Below, one piece after another: positions 11,201 through 22,503 of a stretch of DNA of 64,000 nt (its first letter is position 1; every line of letters begins with the position of its first letter). A program made the position numbers and the translations under genes. The notes under the pieces are model-generated. The model did no database searches and had not been told where the DNA came from. It saw only the letters and a program-made list of their open reading frames with translations. Origin of the DNA: Eutreptiella sp. 'Long Island Sound 2002' (taxonomy: Eukaryota > Protista > Euglenida); assembly GCA_964036045.1 (NCBI GenBank), contig OZ038378.1, forward strand, positions 82,894,001-82,958,000, given 5' to 3'.

Positions 11201-13579
11201 GAGGAACCAACCCCAGAGGAAACCTTCGAGGTTTACCAGACACTACCGCACCAACAGAAGATCCACGGGATCACCATACACTACACAGGAGAACCCACCA
11301 CCACAAGGTGGTATACTGACGGGTCGAAACGACACGGAAGAGCGGGAGGGGGCATGTACAATAGAAACTACCGCTCACCTTTTCGGGTGCACGGGCCCCA
11401 GCAAGTGTATCGGGCCAAGACAATCGCCTGCGCGCCTGCATTTGAACTGGCCAGCCAAGAGGATGACATCATACTCGACAACCAAAGTGTGGTTAAAGCC
11501 ACTGCTACAAAACGTAAAGGGGTAGTCAAAGACCAAGACTACTGTGACATAGGTTACCACAACACCTCTTCCAAAAGACTTACAATACGCTGGACTCCGG
11601 GACACCGTAACCTAGAGCAAGCCACCACATATAGCGACTATCAGGACATACAGGGGAACAACCACTCCGATGTCGTTGCCAATATGGGCGACAACATGCC
11701 CATGGACTCCCAACAACCACAATCCCATGATATTGTCATCATCGGCCAAATCATGCCCACGCCAGCCAAGGCATGGATTATGCAAGTGCGTAGACAAAAG
11801 CATACACCGGAGGTACACTACCTAGCTAGCTCCCCATGAAACATTACAGACAAAATGCGTGGACCCCATCGCTGTGGGGGTAAGTAAGGTGGTGGGGAAT
11901 AGGTGCCCTATGGGAGAGGACCCCCACCCTATGGTCCAAATGTGGCGAACATCACGGAGAATCAGTGCAGTCAAGACTAGCGTACTACCCCGCCTGGGGC
12001 GAAGTCTGGGACCTGTGGCGCTGGAGTTGGACTGACTGGACCCAACTGGCCTACCAATGGCAGCAAACGGCCACCAGCCAGGAACTCTGGCTCTGTGCCA
12101 GACTGCTCATTTCACTGTCCCTCATCAACGCCATACCCACCACGGAACGACATAAACTGCGGGCAGAGGTAGGCCTTTTTCAGTTCCGCATGATTGAGGC
12201 TGTCCAAACCCTAAGGCAGAAACTGGCCGACGCTACACCCCATCAGCCGCCGTCACCCCTATGGCTGACTAAGTTTGTAGCGCATGCACTGCCCCCGCGA
12301 GAAACGGCACAAAACCTGCGCAACCACGTCGGAGCGCCCAGGCGGAGCGGCATGAAACGAAAAAGTAGGACTGAGGCCGCAACGGTGGAGCCCATGGACC
12401 CCGACCTATGGATTCGGGATGCGCAAGGTGCAAACAACGACGAGGCGGTGGCATGGCTTACAAGAATGCGAGCAACAACACAAGCCAGGACGATCAAGCC
12501 CAGAAACGCCGACGCCTCGGCGTTGACGGACAACGGTGGGAACAGTACAAAACGACCTCCGACAGGTTGGCTCAGGAGCACGCGCAGCGATCCCACGACA
12601 TATACCACAGCGCACACGCAGCAGCGGTAGCACGCTGGCACCTATGCACACTGCACACACTGTGCGCCAACACACTAACTGCCAAAGCACACTATCACAT
12701 GCTTGTGGCTAAATTGATCAAAGAGCAAATGGCAGCACAACGACTGCACTACACACATACAAACATGTGCCCGGTACGCCGACAGTGGTACGAACAAGCA
12801 AGACATGACACAATGACGTGGTACGCGGATGCGAAAACGTCACTGCTGATCTGCAAGCGATATGAGAAGATGTGCGCTGAAACCCACAAGGTGCTGGCCC
12901 ATTACCTACGGCAGGCACACTACATGTGGTGCCAACAGGAACACATTGCGAACATGCCACAGTGGTTCAATGAAGACTGCAAACGGAAAACAACACAATA
13001 CTAGACCACCACCAGACAAGCACGACAGACAATATACCTCATACGGAAACGCCCACGGGAACAATGGGACCCCACCTTGTGGGAAGTCCCAGTGCAACCC
13101 CTACCAAAACAACACAAAATGCACTGGGATCCAAACGAGTGGGAAATTCCACTGACATGACCACTAACACCTCAACGGGAAACCATGGGGGCTCAGTCGT
13201 GAGCTGCAGCCCGTATGCACACCCTCGCATAGCCGAAATCTGTACTCTGCATTGAACTTGGCCCGCAGTGGCCCATGGCACATTATGAACTGGCCTATTT
13301 GATAAAAAAAATCTAGGTCTCAACTAATAAGCTGGAGACACTTCATTTGAGAGGTGTTTACACACAATCTTACGTGGCAAGATTGCCCAAATTGGGGTGT
13401 AATACTGGTGGCCTACCCGGACGATGTTGAGTGCAAACTTCGATGTTATGGGTGTGGCGTTGGTTATGTGTGATTCTTTGCCGAATGCATCGTCTGCACA
13501 GTCGGATCGTAGGCAACTCTTGGCTGAATCATGGGTGCAGCGTAGTTGGGAGGCAGTATCCATTGATACCCTTGGTACA

Positions 13580-13655
13580 CACTAGAAGACCCAATCTTGT
13601 TCTAGCCTAGAACTTGTAGACTAGATGTTCTAGACTAGAATTGATCAATACTAGC
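13580..13655. repeat. CTAG cluster (7 copies in ~75 bp)
   Basis: cactagaag, ttctagcctaga, gactagatg, ttctagactagaa, tactagcac. Confidence 0.85.
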
Positions 13656-13732
13656 ACCATACAATGTCCACCAAGAAGTGCCATTTTCTTCATTGCTCCG
13701 CCGTGCATGCTTGCTATTGCGAATAGTGCATT

Positions 13733-15100
13733 GTGCTATGGTTCCTTCTCGCACGGTTAGATATTACACATTTCTTTGCAATGAAACGCCCGCCTTCTGG
13801 CCTCAAGGATGAGCAGGTGGGCCATTACTTGGCCACGTGGGCGCAATCACGCACCCTAGCACGGCGGCATTTCAACAACACCGTCCGATATGTGAACACC
13901 GCCACTTCTACCCAAACCACGGGTGAGGCATGCAAGGCCGCCGTTGAGGCATACACCGTCTCCCTAATCCCCCCCACGGTGATGTGTGAACTTGTGCTCG
14001 GCATGTGGGCCCCCAAGTCGTTGTGGAGGACCCTCTTAGAGCTCTACACGCTCCGTAAGTTTGAGTACCACCGCACTGTCCCCGGTGGCCCCTACTGCCA
14101 TCCTATTTGCACCGTGCGGGACTTCCAAGCCCGTTGCCACGAGTTCGTGGAATTGGATCCCCCCCTTGCCACGGTGTTGCGCAAGGCCACCGGGATCTCA
14201 TGGCCCTTCGCCTCATGGGTCAAATGCATCCTCTCCCGGCCGGGCTTGGTGCGGTCAATCAACCGCGCTTTCTCATTGACGTTCTTCGTCCGGGGGGATG
14301 CCTACCGCGTGGTCGGGGGCAATTCAAACCAACTCACCATCTCCTTGGCCAACTTCGACCGCTTGGCCCGCTCCCCCGCGGGGCGTTAGGTGTTGAGCAT
14401 GGCCACTTGCGATGATAAGGCCATGGACACCCTTGGGACGTTGTGGAAGACCAAATGGGAGGTACTCCTCTCACCTAGTGCCTTTCACTCGTTCTAGTTT
14501 TGTCCTAGTTAGCCTCGATGTTCCATGTTCAATGAGGTGATATGGAATGTCCAAAAGAAGACTTGGGAGGGTAGTGCTATCCCGCGGACAATGGAGGGTG
14601 ATAAGGCCCACTACACGGCCTTCCTCCTTCGGACACCTTCTTTCCAACCCGCTGGCTACAATACACAGCGGATTTTGCTATTGCCATGGGCGTGGGTCGT
14701 CTTGTGCATCTTGCACTTGATAATTGCCATGGGCCGCTGGTTGAGGGGAGTTTGTCGACCGGGAGGCCAGGGCGTCATCCCCTCGCTTCCTCAAGACCTG
14801 AAAGCTCTCCTATCGGAGAGGCGTGCAATTTGGATTGTTTCTGGGTCGCCTTCCCCAGACGCGGAAGAAGCGGCCAATTTTTTTTAGGTATGGCCGGATA
14901 TTTCTAGGCGCATCAGCATTGGGCCGAGCAGGACCAAGTGCAAGGCCATCGCGAAGCTGTGGGGCCTGCCGCAGGCCCTGTATTGTACATTTCAAGGCCC
15001 CTAACTCATTGAACCGTGCCTTCGTGGCAAAGGATTTCTGCCAGCAAAGTAGTCTTGGTACAACATCATGGTATCTACCGGGCCCTTGCCTTGTTGGGGA
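13733..15100 (+). pseudogene. Decayed DDE-type transposase (family T2, copy 1) with a phase-0 GT-AG intron at 14462-14512
   Basis: FFVRGDAY (D1), MEGDKAH (D2), LCILH (C/DxxH-like), SPDAEEA (candidate E); TAG at 14387 where the paralogue has Trp; homologous over ~230 aa to the minus-strand ORF at 26500-24700. Transposase identity is inferred from motif layout. Confidence 0.65.
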
Positions 15101-15119
15101 CCTAGGAGAGGACGAAATA

Positions 15120-15625
15120 GCTATGCAACCCCTATATTCTCGTAGGTCCCCAACGCCCACCGCGGAGAAAGAACCAGAAGTGGCTGCCTCACATCTTGGG
15201 GGCCCAAAGGAGGGCGGGATGGCTACGCAACCCCTGCATTCTCTAGAGTCCCCAACGCCAACCGCAGGGAGAAAATCAGAATTGGCAGCCTCTCCCCTAA
15301 TTTCTCAGGCGCCAAGAAGAGGGCGAATTGCTACGCAACCGCTGCATTACTGGCGGTCCCGAACGTCAAGCGTTGGGAGAAAATGAGACGTGGGTGCCTC
15401 GCACCGTGCCTTTTGGGGCCCCCATAAGAGGATGGAATGGGTATGTAACCCCTACATTCTCTGGGGTCCCCAACGCCAAGCGCAGGGAAAAAACAGAAAT
15501 GGTTGCCTCATCCGTGACTTCTCAGGGGTCTACAAAAGGGGGAACTGCTACGTAACCCCTACATTCTTGGGGGTCCCCAACAGCAGACACGGGGGAAAAG
15601 TTAGAAGTGGTTGCCTCCAGCCCGC
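15120..15625 (+). repeat. ~108-bp minisatellite, 5 copies
   Basis: gctaYgYaaccc starts at 15120, 15222, 15330, 15440, 15547 (periods 102-110). Confidence 0.9.
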
Positions 15626-15629
15626 GATG

Positions 15630-16740
15630 GGTTGGACCCCCCCATCCCCATGATCGCCGACGACGTCGGCGTCAAGATCCACGTCCTCCCCGCACACTCC
15701 ATCCCCCCCGTCCCACCGCCTGCCAGTAGTGAGCGACCAGCTGCCATTGGCTCGCCCCCCCCCCCTTTGTCACCTCGGGGGTGAAGACTTTGAGTTGGGC
15801 CAACTCAAACATCTTCACCCCGTTGTCCGAAGGGGGGGTCGCCTCCCCCCACTTGCGCCCGAGCAACTCCGGTTGCCACCAACACTCCCTTGGTACCCCC
15901 CTCGCCCGCAAGGCCTTGTCGCGGTGGACCCCCCCTTCCTCGTCCGCCCATACCCACCTCCCCTGCCCCAAGATTTTGTGATGCACACATTGCATCCTGA
16001 AACGGAGGGACGAAGAGGGGGTGATCGAGGTTTGGGGGTGGTGGGCCGGCCTGGTTGGCCGTGTCGCATGGCACAACCTGGATGGCGCCCGCCTCCCTCG
16101 CCCCCCAAAAAACCCTCAGCCACAGCCCTACCCCCACGACCTTCTCCTCCACCACCTTCTTTCCACCTCCTCCTTTACAGTCTCCTCCACCGTCTCCTCC
16201 ACCTCCACCTCCATCACCTCATCCTCCACCTGCTCCTTTTTTTTGCCTGCGCCTCCACGATCCCGTCCATCCGCTTGACGCTCCTCTCCAGGTGGTGGAT
16301 GTTCTCGTCCTGCTCTCACCTTCGCCCTTGTCTTCCCGAGGTTGGCGACGGCCCAACCCTCCCGCTCCACATCCCCCGTGGCGCACACCGCGTCCACATT
16401 GGCCTCCCGGGCCACCACCTTGGTCTCCGCCTGAGCCTTTGCCCCCTTCTACGCCGCCACGGAACCGGAGAGACTTTGCCGCTCCCCACACGCGACTCCA
16501 GCTCGTCCTCCTCGTCCTCCTCGACCACAGGCCTTCTCCTTGACCACTGTGGCCGATTTCTTGGCGTCCGAGGGGTCAGGGGGTGGCAACGGAGGAGGAA
16601 GGATGTTGGGCTTGTGGTTGGGGCTTGGGCTTGGGCTGGGGGTTGGCCAGGGGCGGTGCCTTGGGCTTGGCCTCCGCCTGTCGGCGCATCACCTCGGCGA
16701 GGAACTCCGCGGTTCGGCGTTGCTAAAATAAAAATCAGAG
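15630..16740. other. GC-rich, purine/pyrimidine-skewed low-complexity segment with overlapping ORFs; no assignable product
   Basis: Poly-C/G runs and tcc repeats; long ORFs on both strands. Confidence 0.5.
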
Positions 16741-16744
16741 CTGC

Positions 16745-16853
16745 TTCTAGCGACATTCTAGGCAACTTTTCTTAGCGGCGCTCTAGCGGCGTTCTAGCAA
16801 CCGATTGTGCAGCCTAGACGAACATTAGAAGGCTTCCCTAGATAATCGCTAGA
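16745..16853. repeat. CTAG cluster (7 copies in ~110 bp)
   Basis: cttctagcg, ttctaggc, ctctagcgg, ttctagcaa, gcctagacg, ccctagata, cgctagaac. Confidence 0.85.
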
Positions 16854-17079
16854 ACGCACGATAAAATACCTCTTCCAAGATCTGCTCGATCAAATCCTGC
16901 CGAGCAGACATGTTGCTAATGCTGAAGAGTGTGTTCGAGGGAAGTCTGCAAGTGGCCTTGGCCCCTGCTCACCTCCATGGCATCCCTTCCCGAGCATGGA
17001 ACTTGCGACTGGGCCCCCCCGTGCACAACCCACGACACGTTGAAGTATACAAACAGCGATGTCATGCATTTTGCTTGCA

Positions 17080-17310
17080 CACCGTGAGGCAGTTAGTTCT
17101 GATTTCCCCCCCGCGCTTGGCATTGCCCCCCCCCCCCCCCCCGAGAATACCGGGGTTGCATAGCACTGCCGACCTCTTCTGGGCCCCGGAGAAGGCACGG
17201 GTGAGGCAGCTTACAGTGCCATTTTGCCTTTATCTGGGTTCCCGAGAAGGTAGGCCAAGGCAACCACTTGTGATTTTTTCCCGTGCTTGACGCCACCTCT
17301 GATTTTTTCT
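17080..17310 (-). repeat. Inverted, diverged copies of the 108-bp minisatellite unit
   Basis: ggggttgcatagc at 17152-17164 is the reverse complement of gctatgcaacccc; ggcaaccacttgtgattttttcccgtgcttg at ~17261 matches the unit core. Confidence 0.8.
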
Positions 17311-18399
17311 CCGTGGAGCGCTCCCGCCAAGACCCCGTAGCGCCCTCGCTGGCTGGCTACTCGGCCGCACATGGGTTTCACTGGCTACTGGCACGACAGG
17401 CAGAACCGCACGGTGGGGGGGGGGGGGGCAGCCCCACCCCCAACACCCCCCCCCCACCATGCGGGCCCTCATTGACGCCCACCGACAGCTGGTCACCTTC
17501 GTGGGATACATATGGTGCCACCCACTCGGAGGCGCCTCAACATCAACGGTCGCGACACATCGACTCTTATGATGTAGGAGCGATCCCGGCACAAGGGTTT
17601 GCAGCAAAACCAGCGGAGCATCTAGGACCATGGGAATCATGCGTATGGCAAGGAAGTGGAACCTGGGCCAACTATGCGGCAGCAGCGGACACTGCCCATC
17701 GAATCCCCCCCCCACCACCCCTCCCCACGCAGAAACAAACGACGTCGCCAACGGCGTCCCCCCACAACCCCCATCCGCACACTGCCCCCGACCAGCGCCC
17801 AGCCGCAAGCCCCCCCGCAGCATTGGATGACAGGGGCCCCCCGGACGTCCTTGAGGGCAATGGGGAGGTATGCAAACCAACTAACCCATGTACTCTACCC
17901 CTTACGCGTCTCTTGCCGAACCCCTGAAAACCCCTGGACACACACTTTTGTTGCCACAGTGAACAAGCAGCTACAACCTGGCTACAACTGCTGCTACCAA
18001 TTGTGTGAGTATGCGCTTCATCCGTTTAACTGTTCGTTTTCTTATACATGGAAGTATGGCCACAGAGGCCATGACACTAATGGAAAAACTTCAACCCTGC
18101 AGGTACGGGCACTCGGTGCGACCCTCGGAACCTTGGGGAAGCCACAACGTAGCACACCATGTAACGTACCATGCAACGTACCAGAGCACCGAAACTCTAC
18201 TCACTCAGGCATGTTCACACCACACGACAGAACCCAAAACGAATACAAGGACCTACGTACATGCGCCCCCACGCCAAACCATGACACATTGGCCAGCGGT
18301 GATGATTCGTTTGGACCAAATGATGGACCGGAGCACCGGCGAAAGCCATTTCTATACACGTCGAATATATAACGCCCAAGATTCACCGGTGACAGCCCG

Positions 18400-18890
18400 G
18401 GGACCCTAAACCAAAGGACAGAGGCCGGGTGCGGTAGCGGGACTTCCTTTGTAGCGGTTGTATAGATGCTTGACATATGTATCGTCATGGTGTAGTCATA
18501 GTTCCAGCACCACATGTGATAGGCTGTGCTGCAAGGAGGCCACTGTGGCTTGTTCCGTAGGGGTGGGGCCAAGGTTGTGTTGCACATCGCCTTCCGGCGG
18601 TGTTGTCTCGTCGCCACGTCGTGTGCGTTGGTGGAAGGGGGGAGGGTTCACTTGTGCTGTCAGAACATTTGGTCTCTTAGTGTCCAAAGCCCGTAGCTGG
18701 TAAGGGGCACGGCCTTGGCGCCTTAGGGGGTGAGGGTGAAACTTTGACCTCACATCTGGTGATAAGAGCATAGAAAGTAGCCGTGTGAGTGCCTGCGCCA
18801 ACTCGTGTCCGCGGTAAAGGAGTTCGTCACCCCAGCAACCGTGTCCGTCCAAAATTGGTGCTCCTTGTGAGTACGTTCGCCGTGGGTCTT
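18400..18890 (-). pseudogene. Minus-strand ORF remnant with a degenerate 2A-like motif GDVQHNLGP (18565-18591)
   Basis: ORF 18496..18852; motif followed by TP, as after the motif at 20521. Confidence 0.55.
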
Positions 18891-19769
18891 CGTGGTGACC
18901 TACTTGTCACGCGCATGCGATAGCAGAGCCGAACCATGTCAGCAACATTGGGCCACATGTTCTCCCCAACAGCCACGTGTCCCCCGCCTCCGATCAGAGA
19001 GCCCGCAAGGAACAACAGAGGTGATGACCCCCCTTGTAGGCCCCACAACCCCGGGTAGCGCTTCAACACCACTAGCAACCCCCCCCCCCCAACCGGGAAT
19101 TCCGCCACGAAGCCACATGGCCCTCACCCCTACACCGGTACACCAAGCAACGCGTGGTAGAGACATGACCACGGCAGTGCACCTGCTATGCCCTAGGTGT
19201 AACATGGCGGACATCGCCTTTTTCCGATGTACCACATGTAGGTATTTCGCCATAAACCAACCTGAGTCACCCACACACCCAACACGCCTCTGCGAAAACA
19301 CCCACCCAGACCCCCATTTCCCTAGTGAGGGCACCCGGCAGCACAATGCCATATAATAGGGCGACGTAGACACCCCGGTCCACCAGGGGAGGAACCTCTA
19401 GCCAAACGCGCCCGCCACCAGGAAATATTACATGCAAATCACTACCCACACAATGAGGCTCCAAAGAGGGCCAGTGACGGAACCTATGAAGCAAACACAA
19501 AGCGCAAAAAGGTTGACACAACCGTGAATACAAATTCACGGAACCGACCCCCCCCCCCTGCCGAGCATGCGAAAGTGATCTCTCCAGCCCCCCCAGGAAA
19601 CAGATCCCACGTCCCTGAACGAGGCACAGGAAGCACGACGAGTGAACTAGGAGTACCAACTAGTACTAGGGATACACCACCACCCCAACGAAGTATCCGG
19701 AGAACACCGCGCGTACGCGCATGTCCGTAACCCAGACGTGCTCGATACATCCATACTCCAACCGATAAC

Positions 19770-19796
19770 GGGGACACCGAACCCAATCCCGGCCCC
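19770..19796 (+). other. 2A motif with complete DxExNPGP core (GDTEPNPGP)
   Basis: ggg gac acc gaa ccc aat ccc ggc ccc, in frame with the RING ORF 19800..20093. Confidence 0.85.
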
Positions 19797-19937
19797 CCCA
19801 TGGGCACCGATCAGAGCACCAATACACCGGAATTGGGATCACAGACTACACGGTCAGGCCCTTGGGGACGAGACGTCGGTTGCCCCTTGCAGCCCCCCTA
19901 CAAACAATCGCCCAACTTGACAGTTTGTCGAGAGGAG

Positions 19938-20051
19938 TGCCCTGTATGCACGGACGTGCCACCCATAGTGGCTCTCCCTTGCGACATGGGACATCGGTTA
20001 TGCATACGGTGCGCGGGCGACGAACGCATGACCCAGTGCCCCATATGCAGA
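19938..20051 (+). CDS. C3HC4 RING finger domain
   Basis: CPVC-x10-C-x3-H-x2-C-x2-C-x8-CPICR fits the RING-HC pattern, including the Arg after the last Cys. Confidence 0.9.
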
Positions 20052-20520
20052 TCACCCATGAATTCCCCCACACACGTGTCCAACCGGATATAGGGCAGTA
20101 CAACGAATGTGAATGATTGCATCCAATTGGATGACCGCCATCTCTACGGTTAGCGACGATACGAAGGCGCGTTTCGGCGGGATGGCGTGCACTATAACGA
20201 GTGAACCCACAGACACACCCTCCGGGAGTTGCGAGAACAAGTATGGGAAGCAAGGATACGATCCGACACATGGGGGTACCAACACGCACTGCACCAACCG
20301 AGCACCATAGTAGACACAACAAATGCCCTTCATACGGGTACCGCTCCCTTGGCTAAACACTATACCTGCATACGAGGACCGCGGCCTCGTGAGAGCTTAA
20401 GACATCGGCTAGGAGTGGGTGCCGGCACCTAGTCCACCTGCACCACGGCGAGGATCATGCGGCACGTCACGCCTCCCCTACCCACCAGCAGGTCATTGGA
20501 TACCAGACGCCACGGCGCAC

Positions 20521-20547
20521 GGAGACGTGGAACCCAACCGAGGGCCC
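20521..20547 (+). other. 2A-like motif GDVEPNRGP (one substitution from DxExNPGP)
   Basis: gga gac gtg gaa ccc aac cga ggg ccc in ORF 20419..20817. Confidence 0.8.
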
Positions 20548-22098
20548 ACCCCCGAATCAAAAGGGGGAGACGGCCTTGTGCGGATATTGACGGAAACGTT
20601 CGAAAAGCATTTCAGCCATCACCCACAACGTGCGCTCCACACCACCCCCGCAAACACGGATACACACGCAGCAACTTCGCCGGCCAAGACCAAGGAACGG
20701 AAGAGCTCCTCCAGAGCCACTCATCCCCCGAAGACCACAACCAAATGGCGCGCCGCACCGCGGGCAACTCCGAGGGAACCAGCAACCCCGAGCAACCACA
20801 GCTTAGGAGGCCCATAGGGCCCCCGATCGTTTTAGCGAAAAAAGGGTGAAAGGTTGTGTTGTGCATATGGTAAAATAGGGGTGCGAATTTGCATTTTTGC
20901 ATTAGGCTGGGTTTTGCACAGCCCAAACTAGGTGTGTAAGTCATTTTAGCCCCCAATATTACACATTTTAGATCTCTAGGCTCTGCAGAGCCCAGGCTAC
21001 AAGTTATTCCCTTTGTGCTTACCCCCCTTACAACAATTGGCTCATGTATACAGTGGTTAAGTGACCGCGCGACATGGCGCTAGGTTAAGTGGTATACTTT
21101 TCTCGACGCTCTCACATTGTCAGCCTAAACATTGTCTCCGTCTCGGTCAGCAGGAATAGGAATCAAGGATACAAAGCCTGCATACATGACCGGTTGGCTA
21201 TGATGAAAGACGCGTGCCACACCAGGCACCACATCGTCTAGACGGAAGTGCCAAAACCACACCTATATTAGGATTCTCCAACAGCCTGGGCTCTGCAGAC
21301 ACCAGCCTTCATAACCTTGGTACTGAAGGGGTGCTTATTACGGTTTCCCCGTTGGTTGGGCTTTGCAGAGCACAGGCCTACACAATCTCCCATTTTGACC
21401 CCTTTTGTGTGACATAATAGCGCTATGACACTTTGAAACTGATTCTACATATGGTCTGCTAATGTATTTTCCTCTGCCTTTCTGCTGCGTTGCTCTTGTA
21501 TTGTCTTCTACAATGGTCCTACCGTGGTATTGTGTAAGTATCACATTTAGCAGCCATTAAGGAGTACTATACAACAAGCCTTAGACTGTCTGCATGCAGG
21601 TGTAGTTGGAGCTTGGTGAAGTGATGTTTCTATAGTTGTGGTGTGTCTGATTCTATGGGAGTTTGAGGGCACATTGTTTGCAGCATACCCTAATGTATTG
21701 CAGTTGACTTTTATGCATATTCCGCAGTGCGCTTACATTTACTATCTGGTCACATGTCTCATATGTTAAGTACATATAACATGCTATCTTCTTTTTACAA
21801 TAGCCATGGCTGATTTTGCACATGCTAGACGTACGGACGTGGATGTACAGAGTGCCGGCTGGGATACCGAAGGAGATGAGGTTGTAGGACCTGTACCCTT
21901 GCCGGTCCCATCGACCGGTTTAACAGTAGCGCATGTTGCAGCTACGCTCGCCTTGCAAGAGGCGATTATGTTTACGGGGTCAGCACCCCCATCCCGCCCG
22001 CGGTCATCAAAGCCTGCTTGCAAGGACCAACCAACCCCACAAGGCCTCCCTCAATGACCCATTGACTCCAAAGACAATGGAGTTGCTGACGGACAACA

Positions 22099-22503
22099 GT
22101 GGTGGCCAGGCACGATGGTTCGTGCAATACATCTGGGGGTTGTGCACGGTCCCGTTTTCTATTGCGGAACCCAATGCGCAACCCCCTCGTCACATGGCAA
22201 GAAGGGGATCGGATATGCCCATCCCATTTTCTGTCACGCAGCGAGGAGTGGGCTGCATTGATCCTAGATACCCTTAATCTAGAATCAGGTGCCCCTATTG
22301 AGTCGTGCTCCCATCCCCGCATCCCACCTCCCCAGTCACTTCCTCCCCCGGATGCCGACCAACCCACACCTACACAGATGGATCCGCACAACTCCGATTG
22401 CCGGCACATACGGTCCCTTCGACCACTTGTGGAAGTAGACCGCACCGGTGGGAAGTCAAAATACAGCATGTTGCCACCAGTGCACAACACACATGGGAAC
22501 TAG
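22099..22503 (+). pseudogene. Possible THAP-like C2CH zinc-finger remnant
   Basis: SCNTSGGC..W.EGDRICPSHF resembles the THAP CxxHF ending; inter-Cys spacing is shorter than usual. Confidence 0.35.

Larger units (their letters stand above)
6870..13311 (+). mobile_element. Decayed near-full-length LINE (LINE B): ORF1, 2A-like motif, APE, RT, RNase H, CCHC-like finger, C-terminal extension, short poly(A)
   Basis: MKLATWNIQG..CGIQE (APE, ~8413), MDAILIR; KSARPDGVPP, NYRPI, LLDVAEAFPSV, GPLSPILF, YVFVDDIA (RT, 9750-10450); WYTDGSK..ILDNQ..WTPGH..GNNHSDVVA (RNase H, 11174..11839); A8 at 13304-13311. 5' boundary uncertain (may extend to ~6150). Confidence 0.9.
18892..20801 (+). pseudogene. Decayed multi-module polyprotein, 5' part: Zn ribbon - 2A - basic linker - 2A - RING - 2A - low-complexity region; interrupted at 20802
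   Basis: CPRC-x9-CTTC (19189-19239); GDVD..PGP (19360-19382, 4-nt deletion); GDTEPNPGP (19770-19796); RING (19938-20051); GDVEPNRGP (20521-20547). Confidence 0.75.

Noticed and set aside
15672-16076. 2OG-Fe(II)/TET-JBP dioxygenase (VHRD motif)
   Set aside because: Only an HxD tripeptide; no distal His or Arg motif recognisable.
20797-20801. CACAG as an RSS/Transib heptamer start
   Set aside because: It lies outside the inverted repeat, in direct orientation at both ends, so it is a target duplication.
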